Source: Phoronis australis
Taxonomy: Eukaryota; Animalia; Phoronida
DNA: 64,000 bases
Direction of reading: 5' to 3'
NCBI GenBank assembly: GCA_002633005.1
Contig: NMRA01000327.1
Location: forward strand, 321,192-385,191
Numbering within the stretch: the first letter of the stretch is position 1; each line of letters starts with the position of its first letter. A program made the position numbers and the translations under genes. Below the pieces are notes generated by a model, which saw nothing but the letters and a program-made list of their open reading frames with translations, searched no databases and had not been told where the DNA came from. Shown here piece after piece: positions 15,001 to 27,898 of the stretch.

Positions 15001-18000
15001 CCAATGAAAAGTATGAATCTCATTCCACATGTACCCGCCCCGTCGCAGCTCCAACTGAAGCCATTACTCTTCTGAAGTGTCTTTAGAAAGTTATCAACCA
15101 TTTTTACTGCTCTATACTCTTTAGTCTTGCTGGCAGGTTTTCTTGGTCTGGTCTCTCACTGAACAGCCTGACTGAATGCACTGTGACGCCATCAAACTCG
15201 CAGAATCGGAATATTTCGTAAAAAAAGTTATCACTTTTTCTTCACAAAAAGCTTTTTCAGTTCACATAGAATCGTTTCTCAAACTTTTCACTGTTCAAAA
15301 ACCATTACGTTTTATTGTGTTGTACTGTGATTGAAGTACCAACTCCGATCACGAGCAGCTAGGGAGGACATATGACATTTCCGTCAACTTCCTATTTTAG
15401 GGTTGGACAATTAACGTGGAAAGACTCTCTCTAAGTCATGGATGCTTTTGCAGTTCCGGTTTGTAACGGAAATGGAATTATATCACTTGAAGAATAAGGA
15501 ATGTCAGGAGACCGATTTTAGTGATCATGAAGACCAAACTCCATTTTTCTGATTTGGCCACTTGAGTCAGTGTAAAACATTGCCGGGACCCGAGCATTCA
15601 TGCAGTAAAACTATACTCGAGAAAACAGGCGAAATAACAATACTCATGTTAACTGCCAATTGCGAATCAAAGTACACACAGTTCAACTATGAAATTACAC
15701 AGTAAGAAAATGTAATGCAAAGTACTAAAAAACGCCAGGCCAATATAAGAAGAAGCAAGCATACGACAATCGTACCCCGTCGCTTTTTATTTGAATTTAG
15801 ATTGCGACATCCTGGACAAAAAACCAAAATCATGACTACGTCTTATCAAAGTCGGAAATTTAAAATAAAAATTGAAAGAACTCATGAAATATTTCGATTC
15901 CGCGAGTTTGATGACGTCACAGCGCACTTGGTCCGGTCGTTAGACCGGACCAAGTGAACCTGCAAAAAAACTACAGTGTATTGAGCCTTAAAAATTTGGT
16001 CGATAACTTTCTAGAGACACGTAGAATAGGTAATAATTTCTGTCGCAGCTGCTGAGTACATGTCAAATGAAATTGAATACTTTTCATTGACGTCAAGTAT
16101 GTCCGGACTTACTGGTAGCCAACCCGGGAGTTTTATGACGTCACAGCTCACTGGGTCCGACCGGGGAAGAGATCGGACCAAGTAAACCCTCAAGCAAAAC
16201 TTCAGTGTATTGTGCCGTAAAATGGGCTGATAACTTTTTAGAGACACATAGAAGAAGTAATGGTTTTTTTGGAGATGCTGGGTACTCATGAAATGAAGTT
16301 AATTACTTTTCATTGACTAAGTATGATGGCTGGACCTCCTGCAGTAGCCCGGCCCTCGTAAAACTTAGAAAGAATTTTTATACTTTATGTTGAGACGCTA
16401 ACAGCATCTGACTAAATTCTATGGAATAGGCATGAAGTTGTCAACGACCACTAATTACATATATAGACGAAAATTTTGCCACTGAGAATTTTCAAAACAT
16501 ATCGTTAAACCGTTGCCAGCACGGCTGCTCAACACTCAGCCAAGTGAAAGATAAAAGAAAACGATTGTTTTGAACAGTGAAAAGCACGATAAACGATTCT
16601 AGATATCAAAAAATTGAACAGAAGAAGTGTAATTTGGACAAAAAGTGAAATATCTTATGCAATAATCTGATTCTGCCAGTTTGATGACGTCAAAGTGCAC
16701 TTAGTCCGGTTATTGACAGACCAGACCAAGCAAACCTACAAACAAAACTACAGTGTATTCTGCCGTAAAAATCGGCTGATAACTTTCTAGAGATAAGTAG
16801 AAGAGGCAAAGGTTTTGTTGGAGCTGTTGTTTACATTTCAAATAAAATTAATTACTTTTCCATGGTGTCAAGTATGTCATCCGGACCTCCTGGTAGCTAA
16901 CCTGCAGGTTTGATGACGTGAAAGCACACTTGGTCCGGGCGAATGGAGAGACCGGACCAAGTAAATCTGCAATCAAAAAGACAGTGTACTGAGCTGTAAA
17001 AAATGGTTGATAACTTTCTAAAGACACATAGAAGAGATAATGGTTTTGTTGGAGCTGCTTGGTACATGTGAAATGTAATTAATTATTTTTCATTGGCGTC
17101 AACTATGCTGCCTGGACTTCATGGTAGCCAACCCTGCGCCTGCACTCGGTCCAACCAATGACGAGACCCAACCAAGTAATTCTGCAAGCAAAAATGCAGT
17201 GTATGGAGCTGTAAAAATTGCTTGACAACATTCTAAAGACACGTAGAAGAGGTTATGGTTTTGTTCTAAATGCTGGCAGGTTACATTTGAAATGAAATTT
17301 ATTACATTTCATTGAACGTCAATGTCGTGTGAACCTCCTCAACCAGCCCAAGTAAAACTTAAAAGAAACTTCATGCTTTGAGATGCAAACAGCGTCTTGC
17401 TCTGTTGTGTGGATGTGAAGTTGTTAACGATCAGTTGTTACAAATATAGACGAAAATTTTACGACTCAGAATTGTCGAAACATCGAAAGCCTGCTGCCGT
17501 GGTTCCGGCAGCGCCACACTTGAGGTGTCAATTCATGTGAGCAATACAAGAAAAGCAAATTGTTCTTAAACAGTGAAAAGAACAAGAAACTATTTTAGAA
17601 GAAGCGATCTTTGAAGAAAAAATTAAATATTCCAATTCATCGAGTTTGATGACGTCACAGCGCACTCGGTCCGGGTCGTTGGAATACCGGACCAAGTAAA
17701 CCTGCCTGCAAAACTGCAGCGTATTAAGTAGTAAAAATTTTTGATAACTTTCCTAAGACTTGTATCAGAGGTTATTGTTTTGTTGGAGCTGCTGGGTACA
17801 TGCCAAATGAAATTAATTACTTTTTTCATTGCGCCAAGTATGTCCGGTGTCTGAACTACGTACTTGATAGCCAGTGCAACTGTAAAACTTAAAAAGAAAC
17901 TTTAGATTTTGAGACGCTAATGGGGTGTCGGTGACCGTATTCTGTGGAACAAATAAAGGTGTTAATGATCACTTATTAAAAATATAGACAAAAATTTTGC

Positions 18001-18712
18001 CACTGAGAATTATCAAAACATCAGTAGTTGCATGCCTCATAGTACTCTAGGCCAGCCCCGACGGCCGGGTGTCCCGGCGGCACTCGCAAAACCAAATGAA
18101 CGATACAAGAAAACGTAATGGTGAAAAGCAGGAAAAACGATTACAAAAATCGAGTTTGTGAACAGAAGAAGGGTCATTGAAGAAAAAGTCAAAGAACTTA
18201 TGAAATATTTCTATTCTGCGAGTTCGATAACGTACAGCCTACGTCACCGAGTGCACCGACCTGTGACAAGACCGGACCAAGTAAACCTGCAAGCTACAGC
18301 ATATTCAGCCGTAAAATCTGGTAAATAACTCTCTAGGGAAAAGCAGATGCAAAGAGTGAAATTATATGTGAAATCTAAGTGTTTGATTTGTCTGCGTTGT
18401 GCATTTTTGGCTCCAGTTCGCCCTGGCTGGCTCGATAACTTAATTACTCTATTATCGGTTTGTTCAAAGGATTAAAATAAAGATTTTTGTCAACCACACA
18501 TATTTTTACACCATATGGGTTACTCAAATGATAAAAAGCCCATAAAAATGAAATTTGGTTTAGAAAAGCTGCATTTGTCAGACCTGTTCACTGTAACACT
18601 ATGGTAAACATTCAGATATCAACGGTACATTGTCACTTGGTCGGAGGTATTTACTTGGTCTGCGAGGTCCGACTGTGTAAGCCAACCAAGTTGGTCTGCA
18701 ACAGTGGTATGT
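12092..18712. mobile_element. Foldback-type element: about 3-kb inverted arms built of tandem subrepeats around a spacer of about 550 bp
   Basis: The left end gcagaccaagtagatatctccgaccgag...aatgtaccgttgatacctgaatgtttgccatagtgtta is the reverse complement of about 18595-18665. The module gcaggtttacttggtccgg...gctgtgacgtcatcaaact repeats on + in 12450-15320 and on - in 15880-18330. No clear TSD. Confidence 0.85.
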
Positions 18713-18997
18713 ATTGTCATACCAAGAGAGCTCGCCTTGACAATTTCAAGAAGGTATACTGCTGACAGTTGCATTTATGTACACATTGAAGCCTGGAGAA
18801 TACAGACTTGATCAGGGCTTGGGATTTTCCTCTTTTAAGAGTAATTCTTTTTTGGTGTCGATTTCCTCTTATTTGATTTCCAGTTTTCTCTTTTTATCAT
18901 TTTTCGACTTTATTAAATGTTTAGTGCAGGTAAATTTTACAACCAGTTCTGATAATTCGCGGCTCGATGTTCCCTAGGCCCCAGGGGTTCACCCCAG

Positions 18998-19284
18998 CAG
19001 GCCTTTATGCATCGTAGGTCCTGGGCCTCCAAATGGACGCCCTAGCACTAATCTGAACGCCCTGGCAAGGACGCTCAATGTATCATTTGGACGCCCACTG
19101 TCAATAGGAGCCTTTCAGGTTTGGACTCGCACATTGTAAGGAATACTAGGAAGCCTCTGAAGGCTCACAGTGGGGACTCTTTTTTNNNNNNNNNNNNNNN
19201 NAACGCGTCGGAATCATGGACGCCCTGGAATATTGGGAACCCCATTTTGGACACCCTATTTTCAAAATCATGGATAAAGGCCTG
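18998..19284. mobile_element. hAT-type MITE
   Basis: TIR CAGGCCTTTAT(G/C)CAT at both ends, perfect 8-bp TSD caccccag (18990-18997 and 19285-19292), repeated ggacgccc motifs. Contains an N gap at 19186-19201. Confidence 0.9.
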
Positions 19285-19439
19285 CACCCCAGTCTCCGCT
19301 GCTGCCAATTTTCAGTCAGCCTGTGTCGTAGATATTTTATACTCGAATGGGAAGGATTTTGTTCCAGCTGAAACTAGCCAATGAAGAAACAAAATTATTC
19401 GGGAGGGTTAAAAAGGTAGGTGGAAGCAATATTCACAAA

Positions 19440-19999
19440 CTTAAGGGAATTCTTAAAAATCCGAGAGCTTCCCACCTAAAGCGAATTAGCAACACCACTG
19501 TCATGTTCCTCTGGCTTTATTTTTTTGAATATATGTTTTATCTAGAGCACTGCAGACAGAAACTTAGCGCGGCAGATGGCATTGCTGAAGTCGTATGTAT
19601 TCAAGGTAGTTTTGCAAACATGGGAAGAAAATAAAGTGACAAAGCGTTCAAGGTATTACATTTTGAAGCAAATCCATGACCCGTGACAATAATTTGTTAC
19701 TTGTATTATAATTCACATTGCCAAACCACGGTCTCCGACACTGTCGTTGCATTCTTTGTTATCATCAATTTTTATCTAAAAATGGGTAATCGCGTGTTTC
19801 CTTAGCACTGGGTGCGTAATCATCAATCTTCAAAAGTCGGAGATGGGCACTTAACTAAGAGGTGGGCTCTTAACTGGAAATCTTCAAAAATCGCAGGGGG
19901 GGTGGTTAACCGAGCACTGTGGGCGGTTAAATCGAAAATCCACCTAAAGTAGGGGATGGGGAGTTAAGTGAACATGGGTGTTAACCCGAACGTTTACGG
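19440..19999 (-). mobile_element. Truncated inverted copy of the pogo-like element at 39855-42243
   Basis: Ends in ttaacccgaacgtttacgg|ta; reverse-complement similarity to about 39855-40420. Confidence 0.8.
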
Positions 20000-20012
20000 T
20001 AGATGTCTCTAT

Positions 20013-20502
20013 AGGGCCTTTCATACTAACGTTGACGCGCCGATGGTTTGGGGAGTTGCGGTCAGTATGAACGCTTAACTCCGGTCCTGGATCACAGTTA
20101 ACAGCTCCAGTTAACATCGCAGTTAACAGGTGGATTTAATAGCGCAGCGTCGACGCTGCGGTGCCGTATGAATGCTTAACTTTGGTGCAATTGAAGTTAT
20201 CGCCAGATGCCACTGTTATCGTCAACAGTTACAGGGTAGTGTCGTCACTAATAGCTGCTTATATTTTGCTCTAATAATAACCAATCGATTTAAAACTAAG
20301 TTTAATGTCACTTAGCACCTGTGCATGTTTCCAAATTGAAACATAGAAAAAACATCTTAGCGTGCAACACTACCTTGCGATAACTGCGATGACGACAGTG
20401 GCACCCACCGCTTACTTCGATGTTCATTAAGTACCTAAGCCAGTATAAACGGTCTTGTTTACTGCACTGTTTACGTCAAGTTAAGTCAATATGAAAGGGC
20501 CT
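20013..20502. mobile_element. PIF/Harbinger-like MITE, copy 1
   Basis: Termini agggcctttcata...tatgaaagggcct with TA/TTA flanks; same family as 42449-42906. Confidence 0.75.
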
Positions 20503-21300
20503 TATGAAAAAAGCACAAGTTTCGAATATTGGGCTTGAGTGGCCCACGATTTGATATTGCCATCAGTTAGTGCCATGTTACGTGGATGTTCTTGGTGATC
20601 TTCATCTATTAAAATACTGTATTTTGTTAAGTTTGTTTTCAAGTAATTCACTATTTCAGATCTGACGTGAGCATGATGAATGTCAGTGCCATAAACAACT
20701 AATCGTATGCAACGGAAAAAACAGTTACCATCAGGAACAACATTTGTTGTTTGTAGCGTGAACCATTGATTTCAGTTATATTTTGTAGAATGATGTGAAA
20801 GCCTTTTTTCTAACTTGGAATTTTGTCTCTTCATTAGTTCAGATTCCTTATGGATTTTGAAGTTTAGTATTTCCTTTTGAGTTTCTTCACTTAGATTTTG
20901 GATGTAACTGTGTGACAATTCGTTTTCATTATGCCAAATATCACGTTTGATTTTACTTTATTTCTGTTTCTGTTGACAAAGGATATGATTATGTCCGAAA
21001 ATTTTAATTGATCCATTATCATTGTTTTATTTACCTATATATATTCTTCGTTTTGATACAACAGAAAAATGTCTGATTTTGAAATGCATATTAAGAAATG
21101 AATTTTTAAAGCAGTATGTATTTCAATAAAGAATATATTAGTCACATAGATGTACTGATTTGGATGACTGGCGAGTAAGTTTGAGCAATGCAGATGTCTT
21201 TCAGTACAAGGGAAAAATGTATGATTGTCATTAATACCATTGGACAATTAACGGACAGCATCATCATTGAATAAAAGCTTGTGCTGGTCAATAATTATGT

Positions 21301-24185
21301 TTACTCTGCGCGTGTAAGCGCAGAGTACTGTTGTTCCTGGGTTTTCTTCACTTTTATTACTCTGCGCGTGTAAGCGCAGAGTACTGTTGTTCCTGGGTTT
21401 TCTTCACTTTTATTCTTATTTTCTTATTCTTCTTCCGACCAACTTTGAGGCTTAATAACTCCAAATTGGGTGCAGGTACGGTCTTTAAATTCAGCATATG
21501 ACTTTTGACAGTATATAAATTTTGATTGGTTATAAAATGATATTCCATATTGCACCGGAAGAGGTCGTTTGGTACAAAGGTCATATAATTTTCAAAATGT
21601 TACTCCTTCATATTTAAAGCTATCTTTTTCAAATTCGGTGCACAGGTATAAGTCCACATGACAATTTAAAAAATTACTTTTCTAAGTAATCGGGTCATCC
21701 AATCAGGTGAAATAGGTCAAAGGTCATTAGGTGCAAACTAAAATTTTGAGCTAGACACTTCAAATTGACAGGTCTGATTGCCACAGGTAAATCAAATCGG
21801 AATCCAAAGTTTCAGGTCATTTAGTGCAAACATGGGGTCATTAGGTGCATTTCTCTTCTGAAAATTTGACCTTTTCAATCAGCAAGTATTCTGATGTGTC
21901 AACCGTTAGACAACTGTGATTCTCAGCGTTAAACACATTTTCCATGGGCTTTGCAATAATTCTCCTAAAGATGCTTAAAATGCACCGGATAAGGTCAATT
22001 AGTGCAAAGGTCATGTAACGTTCAAAATGTTATATCTCTTATGTTTTTCAAGGAATTCTTTTCAATTTCAGCACACTGGTGTAAGTCAACATGCCAACTG
22101 AATACCCTACTTTATTTTGCATTAAGCCTAACCAATCAGAAAGAATAGGCCAAAGGTCATTGAGTGCAAACTAAAATTTTGAGCTAGAGACCTCAGAATT
22201 ACGTATCTGTTTACTAAGTGCGATTGAGTTTGAATTCTAAATTTTCAGGTCATTTGGTGCACCCATGGGGTCATTAGGTGCATTTTTCTTCTGAAAGTTT
22301 GGCACTTCATTCATCTTGTATTCTGAAGTGCTTAAAGTAAAACATCTGTGATTTTTAGCATTAAGCACACTTTTAATCGAGTTAACAATTACTCCCTCAT
22401 CGGGGCTCATAGTGCACCGGAAGAGGTCAATTAGTAGAAAGGTCATCAAAAATTTAATATGTAATTTCTCCTACAATTTTAAAGAATTCCTTTTCATATT
22501 GGTAAACGGGTTGCTGTCAGTAACTTCCCATAATAATTCTAGTAATACGCACGCGCAGAGTCCGTTATTGTCACGCCGTGACAATAATCTTTCTAGTTCT
22601 TCTTATTCTTATTCTTATTCTTCTTATTTTTCTTATTCTTCTCCCGACCAACTTCAAGGCTTAATAACTCCAAAATGGGTGCAGGTACGGTCTTTAAATT
22701 CAGCATATGATTTTTGACTGTACATAAATTTTGATTTGTTATATAATCATATTCAATGTTGCACTGGAAGAGGTCGTTTGGTGCAAACGTCATGTAATTT
22801 TCAAAATGTTACTCCTCCTTCAGTTTTAAAGTTATCTTTTTCAAATTCGGTGCACAGGTATAAGTCAACATGACAATTTAAAAAAATACTTTTCTAAGTA
22901 ATGGAATCATCCATTCAGATAAAACAGGTCAAAGGTCATCAGGTGCAAACTAAAATTTTGAGCCAGACACTTCAAGTTCACAAGTCTGATTGGCACAGGT
23001 AATTCAATTCGAAATCCAAAGTTTCAGATCATTTAGTGCAAACATGGGGTCATTAGGTACATTTTTCTTCAGAAAATTTCTCCTTTTCATTCACCAAGTA
23101 TTCTGATGTGTCAACCGTTAGACAACTCTGATTCTCAGCAATAAATATACTTTTCACGGACTTTGCAGTTAATTCTACTAAAAGGGCTTCTAATGCACTG
23201 GATAGGGTCAATTAGTGCAAATGTCACCTACAATTGAAAAGGTTATTTCTCCTATATGTTTCAAGGAATTCTCTTCAATTCTAGCACATTGGTGTAAACC
23301 TATATGCCAGTGAAATACCCTACTTTACTAAGCAATAGGGCCACCCAATCAGGAAATAGGTCAAAGGTCATTGAGTGCAAACTAAAATTTTGAGCTAGAC
23401 ACTTCAAATTCACAAGTCTGATTGGTACGTCTAATTCAATTCGAAATACGAATTTTCAGGTCATTTAGTGCAACCATGGGGTCATTAGGTGCATTTTTCT
23501 TCTGAAAATTTGTCCTTTTCATTCACCAAGAATTCTGATGTGTCAACCGTTAGACATCTGTGGTTCTCAGCATTAAACACACTTTTCACAGGCTTTGCAA
23601 TAATTCTCCTCATGAAGACGCTTATAATGAACCGTATAGGGTCAGTTAGTGCAAAGGTCATCGAACGTTCAAAATGTTATATTCCCTACATTTTTCAAGG
23701 AATTCTTTTAAAGTTCAGCACACTGGTGTAAGTCACCATGCCAATCGAAAGCCCTATTTTACTACACAATATGCCTAACCAATCAGAAAAATAGTACGAA
23801 GGTCATTGAGTGCAAACTAACATTTTGAGCTAGAGACTTCAAAATTAAATATCTGTGTAGTAAATGTGATTCAGTTTGAATTCTAAATTATCAGGTCATT
23901 TGGAGCACCCATGGGGTCATTAGGTGAATTTTTCTTCTGAAATTTTGACCAATTCATTCACCAAGTATTCTGATGTGTCAACCGTTAGACAACTGTGATT
24001 CTGAGCATTAAATATACTTTTCACCGACTTTGCTATAGTTCTACTAAAAGGGCTTGTAATGCACTGGATAGGGTCAATTAGTGCAAAGGTCATCTACTTT
24101 TGAAAAGGTTATTTCTTCATCAGTTTTTCAAGGAATTCCAGCACATTGGTGTAAACCTACATGCCATTGAAACACCCTACTTTTA
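21301..24185 (+). mobile_element. Helentron/DINE-1-like non-autonomous elements (family A), one copy (21357-22597) nested inside another
   Basis: 5' hairpin actctgcgcgtgtaagcgcagagt at 21303 and 21359, (attctt)n microsatellite, internal tandem repeats, 3' subTIR acgcgcagagt (22551-22561), stem-loop ttattgtcac-gcc-gtgacaataa, terminal ctagtt. Confidence 0.8.
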
Positions 24186-24479
24186 AGGAAAGAACTTAAA
24201 TTATAAACTCCAAAGCTCATAAAGTTTGGTAGGCGCAGCTGCTCATATTGGTATGCCATGTACGCCAAAAGATTTTTTGCAAATTGCACTTCAATCTAGC
24301 TAAATCACGTAAGTCACACTGCTTTCAGTACATTTCAAAGGCATACCGATTCATCTGGAGGCCGAAATTAGAATAAGGCCTTTTATTCTCGTAAATATGA
24401 GACTGACTTTTTTTCCTTGCAGTGATAGAATGGTACTCCTGTTACCAACAAAAATTAAAACCGTCAGCGACTTAAGTCA

Positions 24480-25014
24480 CTTTCCCATAAGAGGCAAAAC
24501 TTCATTTTTACCGAAATTCCGGTAAGTGGGAAATGTTATCTCCGGTAGTTAATCTGCAAGTAATGCTTCGCTGAAAATAGTGGGATTTAAAAGCAAAACT
24601 TTGGTACTTACCGAAGCTTTGTTACTCACCTAATCTTCGGTGTAGTGGGAAAGGTCAGGGCGAAACTTCACCGAAGTTAACGGTAGAGGTCACGGTAATG
24701 ATATACGATCATGCGAGACTTTCAAAATGTGTTCTTTGTTGTTGTAGCGTAGACAACGTGCCCTCAAAAGACACACGTAAATAAATAAAAGAAAGGTTAT
24801 CTGATGAAGAATGACAGTGATCATTTCCATTTACACTCGCAAATGGCAGAATGATTTTCACAGTCTCAAACCCAGTACTCAATATTCGTTTGAGAGCATG
24901 ATTGAACTGTGTCATCTGTTATCTTAGCAATAACTTCGATATCCCTGTCTAGTCAAAAAGGTAAGCAAAGTTGCAGTGAAGCTTCGGTAAACCGAAGTTC
25001 CTCTAATGGGAAAG
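24480..25014. mobile_element. Probable MITE upstream of the Rel gene
   Basis: Inverted termini ctttcccataagagg ... cctctaatgggaaag and repeated accgaag/cttcggt motifs. Confidence 0.55.
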
Positions 25015-25638
25015 CACCAATTAAGAAAAGACCTCAGAGTTTGTAAGCCAACCCTAAATTCTGCGTGGTGCATGAACGCTTTGCCTATGACTAGAGGTGC
25101 TGGCAACAATTGTTTTCCTCAATGAGAAGGGCCTCCTTGATATGAAAAAATTTAGCTATAATAAAAAACTATGATAAACAACCAGGAGAATGATGATCGT
25201 ATGATCAGGATTTTCCTCTAGAGGGAGGCTTCTTTACTTGACGAAACGTATCATTTCATGAAATTAGGAAATGAACAGCAATTGGTTTCATCATTAGGGC
25301 CCCGTGCGAAATCAGACCAGCTTAAGATGAAAGAATTTCGAACAGAAAACGGCAAAACATGGCAATTAATGTCGTGATTGTGGTTCTGTTACCTTTGACA
25401 CCTTCCTGATATTACAACAGTCATTTTCAAACTTATTCTGTGTTTTTACCACTAAGACTACGACAAGCATTTTTATAAACATTTTTTGTTGCCTGCCTGC
25501 TATCGTCTCGACTTCTGCAGTTGTGTACCAGATTGTTTACGATGTTAACACGTTCTTTAACAGTGTATGGTGGATTACGAAACCGCTGTGAATGACCATC
25601 TGAACTGGCATTGTGTGAAAGGGCATAATTAACGACAT

Positions 25639-25648
25639 ATGTCATTTA
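25639..25648 (+). CDS. Rel: Rel/NF-kB family transcription factor, coding exon 1 (MSF)
   Basis: ATG TCA TTT A|gtgagt consensus donor; 72-bp GT-AG intron; phase 1 matches the next exon; in-frame TAA at 25630 upstream. Confidence 0.7.
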
Positions 25649-25720
25649 GTGAGTGGGCTGACCCTGCTCCAGTATTTCTGATTTTGGGATAAGTAACGTT
25701 GTTTTGATTGTGTTTTACAG

Positions 25721-25863
25721 TTAATCGTCCAAAACTTGAGATTGTTGAGGAACCCTGTGCTGCTGGACATCGCTTCAGATACAGCAGTGAGAAGAGTACA
25801 CACGCTGGTATCCTGTATGGGGAAAGAAGTAGAAAGAATGAACCATCTTACCCAACTATTAAG
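25721..25863 (+). CDS. Rel: Rel/NF-kB exon 2 (RHD DNA-recognition loop)
   Basis: ttacag| ... AAG|gtgtga. NRPKLEIVEEPCAAGHRFRYSSEKSTHAGILYGERSRKNEPSYPTIK aligns with RHD PYVEIIEQP..RFRYxCE...PTIK. Confidence 0.93.
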
Positions 25864-26158
25864 GTGTGATATAGTTATATGTCTTGTAAAATAGTAAAAC
25901 TAGTAAAATTAAAATGACGAGCGTCGGTACTAAAATATATTAAAATATCCCTACGTATCGAGCAGTGCGCTCTTTCTCAAGGGTGTGCTACAGACATATA
26001 TGTTTTGTGAATTTGATGAAGGTTAACTTTATAGAAAGCTCGAATAAATGAGACTCTACCATGATTTTTGTGTGTCGTTTTGTCACTATTAATTAATAAT
26101 ATGATTTTATAAATAAAGATTCACTTTTAAGTGTCAGTTTATATTGTGAATTAGTTAA

Positions 26159-27898
26159 AGGAGAATGCCACCCGATTTAATTAGTGTTTTTTGCCGTCTT
26201 AATCGGTCTATATCCACATCGCCTCGCATACGGTCAACCTTACCTTGCCAAGAAGTGTCGCGTTAACCTGTGAGGAAGGTGAGAAACGACGCTAGCGACG
26301 TCAGTGGTTCATATGCAGAGTGAATGCCGCTATGTTGCGGTGCATCGTCCCCGCTTGTCCGAACTAAGCAGGTGCGAGGAAAGCGGGTATATCGTTTTTT
26401 TTACTTCCTCGAGAGTCCGAAATGCTTAGGAAGTGGCTCATGGTAGTAAAGAATGAAATGTACGCTGTAAATAGCAAGTATGAGGCCGTCAAACATCTCC
26501 GTGTCTGTGGCCTGCAGACGTCGAAAGTGCCTGATGAATGCCGGCTTACCAAATAACTCCATACGTTCCGTTGTCTGAGCTTGTTCACGGCGCCTCTCTA
26601 GTATTTCTTCATCACTGTATTCCTGTTCGAATTGATAGCCTGTAAAACTTAACGATCCACCTGCGAAGTCAGTACTGAGCCCTAGTTCGTCGTCGGGATT
26701 GTGAGTTGCCATGTTGGCGTTTATTACTGAGCGTTCTGTTTCAAAATGAATTATTCTCACCCTAACCAATACTTATATAAAACTGAAACAAAATCAGTCT
26801 CAGATGTAATTTGAAATGCCTTTGGAATGTTCATGAGTGCAAATGATTTGAGAAGCCAGCAATGAATAAATCACTGCGTTGCCGGCTTTAGGTGCAATAA
26901 AACTAATTGACGGGACACCGTGCCTGAGCTCATGCTAATTTAGTGTTTGCTGGCAGAAACTGTTGTGAAACAGCTCGATTTCCATCCCACGGCCTGGTGT
27001 TAGGGGAATCTTTATTTACATAATTTACATTACTCAAATAATGATTGTCTATGCACAACTTCTGCCCTGACGGTGCTGTGGTCATAGCGGAACCTGAATT
27101 CGCGGCCCCCGACGAGTAAGTAGATTTGCAGTTTCGTGGCTAACTCACCAACATAATCACGTGCACATTACTTTGGCTCACAAGTATAGTATTTTCTTGA
27201 CTGGAAGTTTAGCTACCACTGAACTTTGGCTGGTTTATGTTCGTGATGTCTGATCAGTTTCCGAGCCACTGGCCGGGATAACGCCAGTCAATCCGGCCGG
27301 CCGCGACGGGTCTGATCGGACTCAGCTTCCAAGTCACTGGCCAGGATAACGATCAATGTCAGTCCGGCCGCGACGGGCCTGATCGGGCTCCGAGCCCCTG
27401 GCCAGGATAACAAGCGTTTTGTGTGTTTAGAACTCAAAAAATCACAAGTCTAAACAACACAGATCTAGGTTCTCCTGTCTGTATCACACGGAAAATACTT
27501 CGAAATTATCTCCGAACAGACCCCCAATGAAACTCCTTCTACGGACATTGGCCTGCCGAACTTTGTAGGCTACGGTGTGTCCAAATACCAATATATCCGT
27601 AAGAGCGAAATAAAACAACACGTTTTTGTAAGACCTCGGTGTATTTTTAAGGGTTTCACATCGAAGTTTGATGATTTGTTGGTGTTAAACGATGACTTCA
27701 AGTGATAAGCTGACACCAGTAACCCGTGTTGTTAACTGCTGAACAGACTGTGTGTGAAACCGATGACGTCATTGGATAATTTCAACACCTCTGTCTGCCG
27801 TCAGGTGTCAGGTAACACAACCGTGCGTGTCGTTATGGAGTAGAACTACTCAATCTAATTTGATAGAAATTAGGTTGTTTTTTGGGTGGCATGCTCCT
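26159..27898. mobile_element. Kolobok-like non-autonomous DNA transposon, copy A
   Basis: TTAA TSDs (26155-26158, 27899-27902); TIR aggagaatgccaccc / gggtggcatgctcct (14 of 15 match). Confidence 0.85.

Noticed and set aside
11395-18830. Perfect kB consensus sites GGGAATTTCC (11395) and GGGATTTTCC (18821) as Rel autoregulatory elements
   Set aside because: A couple of matches are expected by chance in 64 kb, both are 7-14 kb from the Rel start, and the second sits in repeat-like sequence resembling 46870-46980
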